From Candidatus Bathyarchaeia archaeon (GTDB lineage Archaea; Thermoproteota; Bathyarchaeia; Bathyarchaeales; Bathycorpusculaceae), in the NCBI GenBank assembly GCA_049521795.1, contig JBEKOM010000004.1, positions 64,001 to 128,000 on the forward strand: 64,000 bases of DNA, written 5' to 3'. Position 1 is the first letter of the stretch. Every line of letters begins with the position of its first letter. A program made the translations under genes and the position numbers. The notes under the pieces were generated by a model. That model was not told the origin of the DNA. It saw only the letters and a program-made list of their open reading frames with translations, and did not search any database. Below are positions 50,435-60,702 of the stretch, piece after piece.

Positions 50435-50809
50435 ATGTCACAAAAGAGGTATTGCCAATATTGCGGAGTAGAAATATCCCCAACGACCACACAATGCCCT
50501 TCATGCGGTGCGGTACAACAGGCCCCTGCTCAATCACAACAGCAGCCTTACGTAGCGCTTCAACCTCAACCGCCGCCTCCGCCGGTAGCAGCTAACAAAT
50601 CAACAGGAAATATTCTGGCGGCGGCAAGCATCATCCTTGGGATTGTGGGCATATTCGTCGCCGGGGTCATACTCGGAATAGCCGCGATAATCGTTGGCGC
50701 CGCTGCAATATCGAAAAAGGCAAAAGTCGGCGGTGCAGTTGGAATAATACTGGGCTTTATTGCGTTTGTCGCTACGCTGTTGCTGATATTAGGAGTAATC
50801 ACCGTATAG
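50435..50809 (+). CDS. Zinc-ribbon membrane protein
   Basis: YCQYCG..CPSCG, Pro/Gln linker, TM helices. Confidence 0.8.
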   Translation: MSQKRYCQYCGVEISPTTTQCPSCGAVQQAPAQSQQQPYVALQPQPPPPPVAANKSTGNILAAASIILGIVGIFVAGVILGIAAIIVGAAAISKKAKVGGAVGIILGFIAFVATLLLILGVITV

Positions 50810-50908
50810 ACGGTTCTTCGCTGCCTGATTATCTACAAAAAGAACGCGCGCGAAGATTACTCTATCCTCGTAAGGAAATAGATTTAGGAAATAGTCGGTC
50901 TATCGATT

Positions 50909-51493
50909 ATGAAAACTACTGGATTTTTCTGGGGTAGATTTAATCCTCCGCATAAAGGCCACGTTGAGATTATTAGAAGAATTCTAAGACAAGTGGATGA
51001 TTTGATCGTGGTCATAGGAGCTTCCCAAAACAAGAATACTAAAAGCAATCCGTTCAGCGGGGAAGAGAGAAAGCAAATGCTGGAGGCATACTTGAAAGAA
51101 GAGGAGCTAGATGAGAAGGTAAAAATAATTCCACTTCCAGACAGTGAAGTGTCGATACAAGATGCAGTAAGATATGTTCTCAACAACACTCCGAAATTTG
51201 ATGTCTCTTTTTCTACGCATGAAATAGAAGAACAGTTGACTCCGATAAAAATAGAAGTTGAAAAAACACTAGAACAAGAATTGAATAAGAGAAAAATCAA
51301 AATTGTCAAGTTTAGAAGAATGGGAACACTATCTTCTTCGAAGATCAGAGAAGCCATAGCTTATGATAAAAAATGGGAGTATATGACAGGTAAGTCTGTG
51401 GTGAGAATAATCAAAGAACTAAATGGAATAGAAAGAATAAAGAAAGCGCATAACAGTAGTTACACACAATCGAAGAGAAAGAGAAAAGGATAA
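50909..51493 (+). CDS. Cytidylyltransferase-family protein (NMN adenylyltransferase-like)
   Basis: GRFNPPHKGH, NPFSGEER, LSSSKIR; AT-rich. Confidence 0.88.
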   Translation: MKTTGFFWGRFNPPHKGHVEIIRRILRQVDDLIVVIGASQNKNTKSNPFSGEERKQMLEAYLKEEELDEKVKIIPLPDSEVSIQDAVRYVLNNTPKFDVSFSTHEIEEQLTPIKIEVEKTLEQELNKRKIKIVKFRRMGTLSSSKIREAIAYDKKWEYMTGKSVVRIIKELNGIERIKKAHNSSYTQSKRKRKG

Positions 51494-51572
51494 GCGCGCT
51501 TCACAAACCTATGGTTATTCGTCCTCGGGCGCCTTGTATTAGGGTAAGGTTAATTTTTGCCTTCGCAGTAGT

Positions 51573-52211
51573 TTGAAAGGGGCGATCCGAGTGTTTGAGT
51601 TTGCTGGTCTGAGGTTCAGGCCTTTGGAGAAGGAAGATCTGAAGCTGCTGCACGTTTGGGAGAACGATTCTGAGCTGATGATGTACAGTAGAAGTCAACC
51701 GTTGAACATGGCCTCGATGGCTCAGCTGGAGGAAAGATTTGCCGAATGGATGAAGAATGAGAAGAACCTCTTTTTCATCGTGGAGGCCATCGATTCAAAC
51801 GAGCCTATAGGTTTCGCCAGCATTCGCAGGGAAGTTTGGGGCAACGTTCCAGGAGCGGACGTTGGCACCTACATAGGAAAGAAGGAACTGTGGGAGAAGG
51901 GCCATGGAAAGAAAATAACCGTCGCATTGCTAGAAATGTCCTTCATGCACCTTGGCCTTGAGCACTGCCAAGCGTGGAGCGTAGAGTACAACACGCGGGC
52001 CCACAGAGCGCTCGAATCTTGCGGCTTCAAGAAAGGCGGAGCTGTGCGGAACACGGTCTACGTGGCAGGCAAGAAATGGGGGTCCTTCCATTTTGACATA
52101 CTTCAAGAAGAATACATGCGCGTGCGATCGGACCTGCTGACGAGGGTTCTCGGAGACGAAGTGGACAACTATTTGAAGAAGATGGGACCGAACCTTAAGC
52201 CTGCCAAGTGA
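51573..52211 (+). CDS. RimJ/RimL-type GNAT acetyltransferase
   Basis: RPLEKED, WEKGHG, YNTRA...ESCGFK. Confidence 0.88.
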   Translation: MKGAIRVFEFAGLRFRPLEKEDLKLLHVWENDSELMMYSRSQPLNMASMAQLEERFAEWMKNEKNLFFIVEAIDSNEPIGFASIRREVWGNVPGADVGTYIGKKELWEKGHGKKITVALLEMSFMHLGLEHCQAWSVEYNTRAHRALESCGFKKGGAVRNTVYVAGKKWGSFHFDILQEEYMRVRSDLLTRVLGDEVDNYLKKMGPNLKPAK

Positions 52212-52388
52212 AGAAGTGACTGCTAAGAAACAGGAGGCTTATCTTCTGTGACGGCACGCGCGGTCCAGAATCGAAGAACAGCGCTTGCGCAGGCTGTGAA
52301 ACGTTAGAAGTCCATTATCCCCGCTCCTGATTCAGAGTTCACAAGGCTAATTTCTCCAGAAGATGAAAAGTTAGCGCATAATAGGTAG

Positions 52389-54755
52389 TTGCATATGAAC
52401 TGTCGAGTCTTTACATTATTACTGTTTCTTCTGACAGTGTTTCTTCTAATTCCCGTCCAGAGAGTCTCAGCGGACGTTGATTCGGACCTTCAGGTGACGC
52501 CGCTGACGCAGCATTTCGTTGTGAATCTCGTGTACACTCAGATGCTCCGGTTTAGCTTTAACATAACCAACTCTGGCACTCAGGCGAGGCCGCTTATGAT
52601 TCAGCACGATCCGCTTCCGGACTGGGTAGAACGCGATGACTATCAGGGCAAGGCTTTACCAAACACGGTTGACACGGTGTGGGTCATGTTAGGATGCGGC
52701 GGTCCTGACCTCAACTCTAATGGAACGACTTACACGGCGTACTACGCTGTGATCGCGGATCACGCCAACACCCCTGGAAACTATGTGGCTGCAAACGTGA
52801 CCATAACTTGGACTATAATTGTTTCATGGGATGGCCAGCTGTACTATCAGGCCAGCGGAGAAGTGGTTGATGCTGAAACCTCGGTCCCGATTTCCGGTGC
52901 TTACGTCGGCTTCGGGGTACCAGGCGAGTTCGGAGTAGGCCCTGGACCTGCGAGTGTTTCACAGGCAGACGGAACCTATTCGGAGTACACCGTGATTCCA
53001 GGAACCACTAGCACCGCGGTCGCATTGGCCCTCGGGTATCAGACATACGTTAACGCTGACTACTATGTGACTTCAAAACCTGACCAGCGCATCCAACAGA
53101 ACTTTGAATTGATCCCTTCTGGGACGTTAGGAAACTACAGCCTGCAGTGGAACTCAACCCTGCTGAGCCCCATCTACTACGGAGCCATCTCATCCGACTT
53201 CAAGACCATGATCCTGGCAGGGGGAGAACATGGAACCGCGAGTTACCACGCATTGCCAGACCCGTCCTTCAGCAATCTGTACTACGTCTACTTGTACGAT
53301 ACGAACGGCACGATGCTATGGAGGTTCGGGCCTTTGACCAACGACAGCGACACTTACGGAGGGTTCTGGAGCGCCACCATAACAGCAGACGGTTCCTTAG
53401 CAGCGGCGGGAACCACCGATGGAAAACTCTTCGTCTACAACAGACAAGGCCTGCTGTGGAACATCACCAGAACAGCTGAAAACGCTTCAGACGCCCAGTT
53501 TGAACGATTTTCTCCAGACGGAAACTACTTAGTGGACGGTTGCGGCGGCAGCTGGATAGAATGCAGGAACGCCACGACCGGCGAGATCTTCTGGTCAGCG
53601 CCCGCCTACGAGCTTGCAAATCCTAGGGCGATGCTCTTCAGCGCCGACAGCAGCAAACTGCTGGTTGGAACTTCAGTGCTGCGATTGTTCGACACTGCCA
53701 ACGGCACGCTGCTCTGGACAAGATCGATAAGCGGGTTCATCTGGCCGACTTCGATCGCTGCGACACCCGACTTTTCATTCATAGTCGTCGGCACTGGGAA
53801 GGGCGGCACCATCTGGGCCATGGACGGCGACGGCAACGTCAAGTGGGAGGTCGACACTGGAAACAGCGCAGTCAACTGGGTCTCCATGTCAGTCGACGGC
53901 TCAGTTGTCGCTACGGGAGCAAGAGACGGTCTCAGAATCTTCAACCAGAACGGAAAACTGCTATGGGGACTTACCGGCCTTGAAGCCCGCCTACCTTGGA
54001 TTGGCGACGTGACCGCGGGAGCTGTGACAGCTGATGGCCGCTACATTCTCGCAGGCACGTCCGGCAACACCGCCTTCCGAAGCGATACCATTCCAAACGG
54101 AGCTTTGCTTTTTGACGTGAACGGCACTCTCCTCTGGAGTGACTTCTGGAACACCACGGCGACGAAGTGGGTGCCACCCGACTTTGGAAGACCACTGTTT
54201 GCAGCGATATCAAGCGATGCCAGCACTTTCATCCTTGGGTCCACCGACAGCGCTCTAAGAGTGTATCACGGAGCGGTCGTAGCAACGCCTACCCCTCAGA
54301 ACGTCACAGTTGCTGATCACACTGTTCAAGTGGACGGAAAAGTTTTCCACGTAGTAACGGAAAGCAACTCAACCGTGTCGGACATCGTCTTGGATCAATC
54401 ACAAATAAAGTTCAACGTCTCCGGTGACTCTGGCACAGTTGGATATTTCAACGTGACAATTCCAAAGTCTCTGATGAACTGCACAAGTCTTGACGATTGG
54501 ACCGTGTGGCTTAACGGCACACAGCTTCTAGCTCCTAACTTCCTCGCGCCAACGGAAAACGCAACACACACGTTCATACAGTTCACTTGCACGTTTGATT
54601 CCACGTTTCAAGTAACTATCAAAGGAACAAACGTGGTTCAAGAGTTTCCATCACCAACCATTCTGTCACTAGCCATCGCAACAACGCTACTAGCAGTCAT
54701 AGTCTGCAAAAGAGGAAGGATTAAGAAAACCGATGGATCAACGGCACCTCACTAG
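52389..54755 (+). CDS. Surface protein with PQQ-like/WD40 beta-propeller
   Basis: Signal peptide, repeated G.LLW blades, C-terminal VQEFPS + TM + basic tail. Confidence 0.85.
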   Translation: MHMNCRVFTLLLFLLTVFLLIPVQRVSADVDSDLQVTPLTQHFVVNLVYTQMLRFSFNITNSGTQARPLMIQHDPLPDWVERDDYQGKALPNTVDTVWVMLGCGGPDLNSNGTTYTAYYAVIADHANTPGNYVAANVTITWTIIVSWDGQLYYQASGEVVDAETSVPISGAYVGFGVPGEFGVGPGPASVSQADGTYSEYTVIPGTTSTAVALALGYQTYVNADYYVTSKPDQRIQQNFELIPSGTLGNYSLQWNSTLLSPIYYGAISSDFKTMILAGGEHGTASYHALPDPSFSNLYYVYLYDTNGTMLWRFGPLTNDSDTYGGFWSATITADGSLAAAGTTDGKLFVYNRQGLLWNITRTAENASDAQFERFSPDGNYLVDGCGGSWIECRNATTGEIFWSAPAYELANPRAMLFSADSSKLLVGTSVLRLFDTANGTLLWTRSISGFIWPTSIAATPDFSFIVVGTGKGGTIWAMDGDGNVKWEVDTGNSAVNWVSMSVDGSVVATGARDGLRIFNQNGKLLWGLTGLEARLPWIGDVTAGAVTADGRYILAGTSGNTAFRSDTIPNGALLFDVNGTLLWSDFWNTTATKWVPPDFGRPLFAAISSDASTFILGSTDSALRVYHGAVVATPTPQNVTVADHTVQVDGKVFHVVTESNSTVSDIVLDQSQIKFNVSGDSGTVGYFNVTIPKSLMNCTSLDDWTVWLNGTQLLAPNFLAPTENATHTFIQFTCTFDSTFQVTIKGTNVVQEFPSPTILSLAIATTLLAVIVCKRGRIKKTDGSTAPH

Positions 54756-55079
54756 AATCGTGAAGAAGACAGCGAGAAAAGCTGCATGGCGTTTTCCGAT
54801 GAAGGATTGTTACTTTCACGGTTCGAGCCGGGTGCTCTCTCGCTCTCACACCCTCCCCCCCGGGTATCCTATATGACCCAAATATGGTTAGGTAGTCAGA
54901 AATGACTATCCGCATATGGTTCAAGAGCAGAGTTGCACTAGCTACTGCCCGAAAGAATTAAGGAACACGCTAGCGCGCTAGGAGAAGAAAAAGAAAAGAT
55001 GGCTTATTTTTGACCCATCGCCTGGGCTGTCGCAAGGTATTTATGTATGCAATTGATATCTTTTGTATACGGTGACGTG

Positions 55080-55400
55080 TTGACGCTTAAACCTTTAGCG
55101 GTAAGGATACCTAAGGAAATCGAGAAGGAAATCCTCGAAGTGGTCGAACGTGCAAAGTTGGACAAGGCTACTGTTGTTAGGAATCTTCTTGAATTGGGAA
55201 TTGCGGAGTGGAGGAAGCAGACGGCTCTGGAGTTGTTGCGAGACGGGAAAACCACGTTTGCCAAGGCTGCAGAGATGGCAAGGCTTTCGCTTTGGGAATT
55301 CGCTGATCTGGTGAAGCAGCGTAGTGTGGAATGGGTTAGATTTACGCCTGAAGAGCTCGAGAAAGAGTTCAGGGAAGCGTCGGCGGCGAAGCGTAAGTGA
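55080..55400 (+). CDS. Putative antitoxin (UPF0175 family)
   Basis: RHH-like N-terminus, T..KAAEMA.LSLWEF; overlaps the PIN gene. Confidence 0.82.
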   Translation: MTLKPLAVRIPKEIEKEILEVVERAKLDKATVVRNLLELGIAEWRKQTALELLRDGKTTFAKAAEMARLSLWEFADLVKQRSVEWVRFTPEELEKEFREASAAKRK

Positions 55401-55909
55401 AGCTGCTTGTTTTCAATTCTACGCCATTGATCTACTTGACTAAAGTGGGTTTGAGCATGGTTCTTGAGGGTTTGAAGGGCGAAAAGGTAACGTCGCCGAA
55501 GGTCAAGAGCGAGGTTGTGGATGAAGGCAGGCGTAAAGGTGTTCCTGACGCAGTTGTCTTGGAAAAGCTGTTTGACAGCAAAGTGTTTAGGGTTGTTGAG
55601 CCTAAGGATGAGGAGTTTTTGTCGAGATTGTTGAAGACGAGGGGACTTCATGTGACTGACGCGGAGGTTTTGGCTCTTGCCCACGAGTTGAACGGTGTGG
55701 CTGTCGTGGATGATGGTGTGGCAAGGAACACCGCGAAGGTTTACGGGATAGGCTACGTGGGTACGCCATATGTTCTGGCGAGGGCTGTCTGTGAGGGATT
55801 GGTCACTAAAGAAAGAGCTAAGCAGGCTGTGAACGAAATGGTTTCTGTCGGTTGGCGATGCAGCGTTGAAAGTTATGCGAAGATTATTGAAGCTTTAGAG
55901 AAGCTTTAG
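55397..55909 (+). CDS. PIN-domain protein (DUF3368/VapC-like)
   Basis: VFNSTPLIYL, DAEVLALA, VDD..AR, GT. Confidence 0.85.
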   Translation: MKLLVFNSTPLIYLTKVGLSMVLEGLKGEKVTSPKVKSEVVDEGRRKGVPDAVVLEKLFDSKVFRVVEPKDEEFLSRLLKTRGLHVTDAEVLALAHELNGVAVVDDGVARNTAKVYGIGYVGTPYVLARAVCEGLVTKERAKQAVNEMVSVGWRCSVESYAKIIEALEKL

Positions 55910-55926
55910 AGGTTGAGCAAATTCAG

Positions 55927-56091
55927 CGCGCTGGCTTGTCCCTAAATTCGAAAAAAAAAGTAACTGAAAGCATATACATTTCGCATATACGTTTTGCATA
56001 TACAGTTGACGAGCATTGTTGAAAACGGTGAGGCTGTTCACGTCGGCTGCCGAGCTGCGTGGACTGTTCAAGTGCGCAATGAGTCGATAGA
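55927..56091. repeat. Dispersed non-coding element, copy 1
   Basis: Homologous to 59904-60066; three 13-bp GCATATAC-type units. Confidence 0.8.
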
Positions 56092-56139
56092 CTCAACAAA
56101 AAACGCACGCTGAGAATGAACAATGCCCAACGATTGAGG

Positions 56140-56232
56140 CTACTTCTTCAATCGTTTCTCTTTGTGCTTTCTTCTTTTCTCTTCTCTTTCCTTTTTAGTC
56201 ATTGGTTTCTTTTTAGTGGCTCCAGTGCTCAA
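56140..56232 (-). CDS. 30-aa basic micro-protein MSTGATKKKPMTKKEREEKRRKHKEKRLKK
   Basis: GGTGA SD before TTG; paralog of 46092-46184. Confidence 0.7.
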   Translation of the reverse strand: MSTGATKKKPMTKKEREEKRRKHKEKRLKK

Positions 56233-56267
56233 TTCAATCACCACGCTCAAATAGTCAGAATAGGGAA

Positions 56268-56420
56268 TTAAGTTTTTGCGCGCGCTCTGGCTAATGCGCG
56301 TGCTTCTTCCAGTCTCCTCACTTTTTTAACGTTGCTCCTTCCATGTTTCCATGTTCCTCGGCTTTTCATTCTTTTCAAGAATCGTTCTTTTTTCGCCTGC
56401 TTTTTCCTCGATCGGTCCAA
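56268..56420 (-). CDS. 50-aa basic micro-protein
   Basis: TTG start, MDRSRKKQAKKERFLKRMKSRGTWKHG...; TTATAA upstream at about 56465-56470. Confidence 0.5.
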   Translation of the reverse strand: MDRSRKKQAKKERFLKRMKSRGTWKHGRSNVKKVRRLEEARALARARAKT

Positions 56421-56545
56421 ACAAATCTTCCTTCCCAGAATCAGAAAGTAACAACAAACAAGGATTATAACCTTTCACCTGAATAATCCGACAGAATCCA
56501 AGACTTAATGAGAAAGAAGTTCATTAGAGTATTGAGAGTCTGTTT

Positions 56546-56659
56546 ATGAGCAGGCGTAGACGGTTTGACAGGCTTGAATGTCAGAATTGCATTTACAAGA
56601 GCAGCACGTACTGTTGGAGACAATGTCCGTACAACATCTGGAAGACGGAAGAATACTAA
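56546..56659 (+). CDS. 37-aa Cys-rich micro-protein
   Basis: MSRRRRFDRLECQNCIYKSSTYCWRQCPYNIWKTEEY. Confidence 0.5.
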   Translation: MSRRRRFDRLECQNCIYKSSTYCWRQCPYNIWKTEEY

Positions 56660-56861
56660 GTCTCGTGCGGTTGCTTCTTAGCTGCAGGAGCCTGAGTTGT
56701 GTTCTCATCGGCTACACGTTCGAATAGCCTTCCGCGCGCTGTGAGACGCCTAGAGAACTGAATGAGATTTAAGATAAAGCCGATGCCTATATCTTAGGAG
56801 CTCCATTGTACTGTTTGGATGTAAATGGTTTAATGAGGACTGAAGGAATGGGAGTGGGAAC

Positions 56862-57155
56862 ATGATTTCGTCCAAGGCGAAAAATCGAATGAAGCGTGAG
56901 CTAGCCTTAGGGAAGCCAACAATATGGGTTGGTAAGGAGGGAGCGTCGCCGCAGACGATGAATGAGATTTCTAGGCAGTTGGAGAAGAGGAAAATGGTGA
57001 AAGTCCAAATATTGAATAGCGCGCTTGTGAATGAGAGCGCCAAAGACATCGCGTCAAAAACAGCTCAGCAAACAGGATCCGTTTTAATCGATGTTCGAGG
57101 CCACACTTTCATACTGCATAAGCCTCGCAAAAAGAGAAGTGAAAAGCCTCCGTGA
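56862..57155 (+). CDS. YhbY/CRM-domain RNA-binding protein
   Basis: KPTIWVGKEG, MVKVQIL, VRGHTFIL. Confidence 0.9.
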   Translation: MISSKAKNRMKRELALGKPTIWVGKEGASPQTMNEISRQLEKRKMVKVQILNSALVNESAKDIASKTAQQTGSVLIDVRGHTFILHKPRKKRSEKPP

Positions 57156-57399
57156 GAGGACCGTTTAAAGGGTTTTGAAAGGGATTGGATTGTGATAATC
57201 TTGTTAGGGAAGGTTCAAAAACACCCACTTCGTTCATGCCTTTGACCTTGCCTTCATGAACCTGCCTCCGTCAAGAGATCCTAAAATGGCTGACGCATCC
57301 ATTGACAAAGGCGCGCGCGTCTTTCTTGATGAGCATGACCATTCTGACTGAGTGTGCTCTTTTCATCCTCTTCAACTATCGAACAGCCTAGCGCGCGCA

Positions 57400-57483
57400 C
57401 TATCTTACTCTCTTGTTTCTCCGAAGCAAGCGTTTGTTTGGGAGTTTTGGTTTCTTCACACGTTTTGCATCCGTCGCAGCCAA
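57400..57483 (-). CDS. 27-aa basic micro-protein MAATDAKRVKKPKLPNKRLLRRNKRVR
   Basis: TTTAAG upstream, GAGGGT before TTG. Confidence 0.45.
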   Translation of the reverse strand: MAATDAKRVKKPKLPNKRLLRRNKRVR

Positions 57484-57638
57484 GACTAGACCCTCAAGAC
57501 AGTTTTGACCCTCGTTTCTCTTAAAGCTACTGTACAGCGCGCTCTAATGATTGTGGAGACGACTTACAAATTTAGCGCGCTGGATCGATAGGCATGCGGA
57601 ACATGCTAGAAATCGGCTATTAACCCGAAAATCTTGCA

Positions 57639-57830
57639 TTAGGGTTTAGTGCGGGCGGCGCTTGGCTTCTTTACCCATTCTATTTTAGTAGAGTAGGCTT
57701 CACGCAATTGTGGAGAAGTAATGGGTTTCCATTCTTTGGCCACTGCAAGCATTCGACTTTTGGATTTGCTAGTCTTGTCTTTTCGTTTGGGCTTTTGTTT
57801 CCCTCTCGGTTTGTAATGTTCAGGTTTCAT
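57639..57830 (-). CDS. Small basic hypothetical protein
   Basis: GGAG before ATG; Lys/Arg-rich. Confidence 0.5.
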   Translation of the reverse strand: MKPEHYKPRGKQKPKRKDKTSKSKSRMLAVAKEWKPITSPQLREAYSTKIEWVKKPSAARTKP

Positions 57831-58290
57831 GTTCGATCTCCGCTGGTTCAAGCTTAGATATCTAACATATAGGAGTTTTGTAACCTTTTGATTTAGCGCG
57901 CTACTAACAAAGGGTTGATACTGGCTATTTCCATGACCGAAAGCAACCTGCGTGTGTCATCTATTTTTTGAGCTCTGCGACTAGCAGATGTAGATTGGTT
58001 TTCCCTGTGTTCTCGGCTTCATGTGATCGTGCCTTGAGGAAGAGCCTCTTGGCCGCTTTTGTGTCCAAAACATCTGTTTTTCCTGAGGATGTCAGTTTTA
58101 GTTTGCCACCTTAGCGCTCGAATCCGGGACAAGGGAACTGCAGGAAAATGTCCTCATGATGCTCTGTTGGTTAATCGGTTTATAAGGAAGTGTGTGCATT
58201 ATGGGGCAGTAGCGTTCTGTTGTTGACGGACGAGAAGAACACAGCAACGTTGCACGACACAATCAATGATGAAAGGGGTGATAGAAAGAA

Positions 58291-58575
58291 ATGGCTGAAG
58301 AATCTGCAATTGTTTTCATTGGAAGTAAACCACCAATGGACTATGTTCTAGCAGTTATGACAAGACTATCGGCTGGCAATGCTAAGGAAGTAGTTTTGAA
58401 GGCAAGAGGACAGGCGATCACTACGGCTGTTGATGTGGCTGAAATAACCAGAAATCGCTTCCTGAAGGACCTGAAAGTGAGCAAGATAGCTGTAGGAACA
58501 GAGGAGATGCCGGCAAGAGAAGGCGAGAACAGGTCACGGATGGTTTCAATAATAGAAATAACCCTTGCAAAATAG
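58291..58575 (+). CDS. albA: DNA/RNA-binding protein Alba
   Basis: [28 protein letters not shown]. Confidence 0.95.
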   Translation: MAEESAIVFIGSKPPMDYVLAVMTRLSAGNAKEVVLKARGQAITTAVDVAEITRNRFLKDLKVSKIAVGTEEMPAREGENRSRMVSIIEITLAK

Positions 58576-58646
58576 CAGGAAACCTTGCGAAACACGCGTG
58601 CAATTATAGTGAGAGAATGTTTAGATACGGGTAACGATGAAGAACA

Positions 58647-59897
58647 ATGAAACTTGCTGTTCTGGTCTGGGAGTATCCACCGAGGATCGTCGGTGGCTTG
58701 GGAACCTACTCGGCTGAAATAACTCGCCAGTTTGTTCTCACGGACAATGATGTTACAGTTTTCACGATGAATGATGATGCAAATGCTTTGCCGACGCGTG
58801 AGATTTGGCACGGTATCGAAATCCACAGGCCGCTGCACATTGACATTTCTGACTCGTTGCCCGATGTTGTTGCAGAAGACCTACGGAAATGGGGTAGTGG
58901 GTTACAGTGGTTTTCAAAGATCCTCGTTTATAATTATCTGAGCGCTGCAAAACTCGTGAATGAGCTGATAAGAAAAGAACGCATCAAATTCGACCTTGTC
59001 GTTGCTCATGACTGGCTTTCAGGTATAGGTGGAATGGCTGTTAAGAAAGAGGCAGGACTTCCTTTTGCGTTTCACGTTCACTCGACAGAGAAAGGGAGGA
59101 CGCTTGGAAAGGGCTCGGTTACGGTGAGCAACATTGAACTTCACGTTGCTAGAGCGGCTGACCTTATCGTGACAGTTTCTTATGCGATGAAGGATGAGCT
59201 GGTGGGCCTAGGTTGTCCAAAAGAAAAGATTCAGGTTGCTTACAACGGGGTCGACCCGAAGAAGTACGACCCCGCAACAGTGACGTCTGAGCAGATCAAG
59301 AAGGTCAGAGAATTGTATGGTATCAAAGACGATGAGTACATGATTCTTTTTATAGGTCGACTCGCCGGTATGAAAGGTGTTGATAAACTGATTATGGCTT
59401 TGCCGCATGTTTTGCAGAAGAATCCTAAGGCGAAGCTTGTTATCGTTGGTCTTGGCGACTTGCAGGAATACTTGATGAATCTGGTGAAAGCTACGAAGAT
59501 GAGTGATTTCGTGAAGTTCAGGTTCGAATTCATTCCCGAGGAAGAACGTATTCTTCATTATGCTGCATGTGACGTTGCAGTTTTCCCAAGTTTCTATGAG
59601 CCCTTCGGAATAGTCGTTCTGGAGGCAATGAGTATGGAGCGACCAGTTGTCATCGGTGCAGCCGGCATCAGCGGCATGCGAGAAATAGTCGTGTATTACG
59701 GCGAAGACCAGTGCGGTTACCACATAGATCCAAACAACCCGTCCGACATAGCTTGGGGCATAAACAGCGTCTTGGAAAACGATGAGAAGAGAAAGTGGCT
59801 GGGCAAAAACGGCAGAAAGCGGGTCTTGAACGAGTTCACGTGGGACAAGATAGCTGAAAAAACATTGGGGCTTTATGAACAGATCATCAAACGCTAA
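58647..59897 (+). CDS. GT4 glycosyltransferase (glycogen-synthase-like)
   Basis: WEYPP..VGGLG, HDW, HSTE, GR...KG, EPFGIV.LEAM. Confidence 0.93.
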   Translation: MKLAVLVWEYPPRIVGGLGTYSAEITRQFVLTDNDVTVFTMNDDANALPTREIWHGIEIHRPLHIDISDSLPDVVAEDLRKWGSGLQWFSKILVYNYLSAAKLVNELIRKERIKFDLVVAHDWLSGIGGMAVKKEAGLPFAFHVHSTEKGRTLGKGSVTVSNIELHVARAADLIVTVSYAMKDELVGLGCPKEKIQVAYNGVDPKKYDPATVTSEQIKKVRELYGIKDDEYMILFIGRLAGMKGVDKLIMALPHVLQKNPKAKLVIVGLGDLQEYLMNLVKATKMSDFVKFRFEFIPEEERILHYAACDVAVFPSFYEPFGIVVLEAMSMERPVVIGAAGISGMREIVVYYGEDQCGYHIDPNNPSDIAWGINSVLENDEKRKWLGKNGRKRVLNEFTWDKIAEKTLGLYEQIIKR

Positions 59898-59903
59898 GCT
59901 TGA

Positions 59904-60066
59904 CGCGCTGGCTCGTCGTTAAATTTGCTGATATTTGTTTTTTAAGAGCTTATACGTTTTGCTTATACACTTTGTATATACACTTAACATGCATCATTGA
60001 GAACGGTGAAGCTGCTAGGTCGAATGCGAAACCGTATGGACTGTTCAAGTGCAAACGCACGATAGA
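59904..60066. repeat. Dispersed non-coding element, copy 2
   Basis: Shares CGCGCTGGCT, 13-bp units, AACGGTGA.GCTG and TGGACTGTTCAAGTGC with copy 1. Confidence 0.8.
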
Positions 60067-60141
60067 GGGATAAGGGCAGCGCGGCGGTCCAACGTTTAGC
60101 CCGGAGTTTTTCGGTGAATTCGTGACTGTTGTTTGAAGTTT

Positions 60142-60702
60142 TTATTCGTAGAATATGAGGTCTTGTTCTTCCAAGCTGGCGTGAAGCTTGTGCACTGCGT
60201 CATAAACGTCCTGTTCTTTCTTCGCTCCGGTGCAGACAAGGTTTCCGCTTGCGAATATCAGTATGACCACTTTAGGCTCGTCCATCCTGTAGATCAGTCC
60301 TGGAAACTGCTCGGGCTCGTACATGGTTTTTACGAGCTTGCCGACTGCCTGTTCCAAGTCTACTTTTCCGCCTAGGCTTACGGAGGCAACGATGTTCTGA
60401 ATCTTCAGCTCCGGTTTGCTGATGATGATTATTCCGCTCTTTTTCAACTCTTTAACAACCGTCAATACGGCCCTGCGGGCTTCTTTTTCGGATTTTGCTC
60501 CTGTGCACACCATTTTTCCAGAGTTGAAGATCAGCGTGGCCGTCTTCGGTCTCTTAAGCCTGAACACAAGTCCAGGAAACTGTTCTGGACGATATTCTAC
60601 GCCTGGGTAACTCTTCACGATAGCGTTCAAGTCAATTCTCTGGTTTAACGTGGCAGAAGCAACGACGTTTTGAATTTTTATTATGGCTTTAGTCTTCGGC
60701 AT
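60142..60702 (-). CDS. tbp: TATA-box binding protein (paralog 2)
   Basis: IQNVVAS, Y.PEQFPGL twice, GKMVCTGAKS. Confidence 0.97.
   Translation of the reverse strand: MPKTKAIIKIQNVVASATLNQRIDLNAIVKSYPGVEYRPEQFPGLVFRLKRPKTATLIFNSGKMVCTGAKSEKEARRAVLTVVKELKKSGIIIISKPELKIQNIVASVSLGGKVDLEQAVGKLVKTMYEPEQFPGLIYRMDEPKVVILIFASGNLVCTGAKKEQDVYDAVHKLHASLEEQDLIFYE

Noticed and set aside
44631-56000. Classical integron
   Set aside because: No attC-like sites seen, no evident IntI-specific insertion, and genes have mixed orientation with their own promoters
55970-56008. 13-bp tandem repeats as a mini-CRISPR
   Set aside because: Too short and no spacers; no CRISPR array seen anywhere in the window
57234-57257. 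7-aa ORF MKARSKA after GGAGG (minus strand)
   Set aside because: Too short to distinguish from chance
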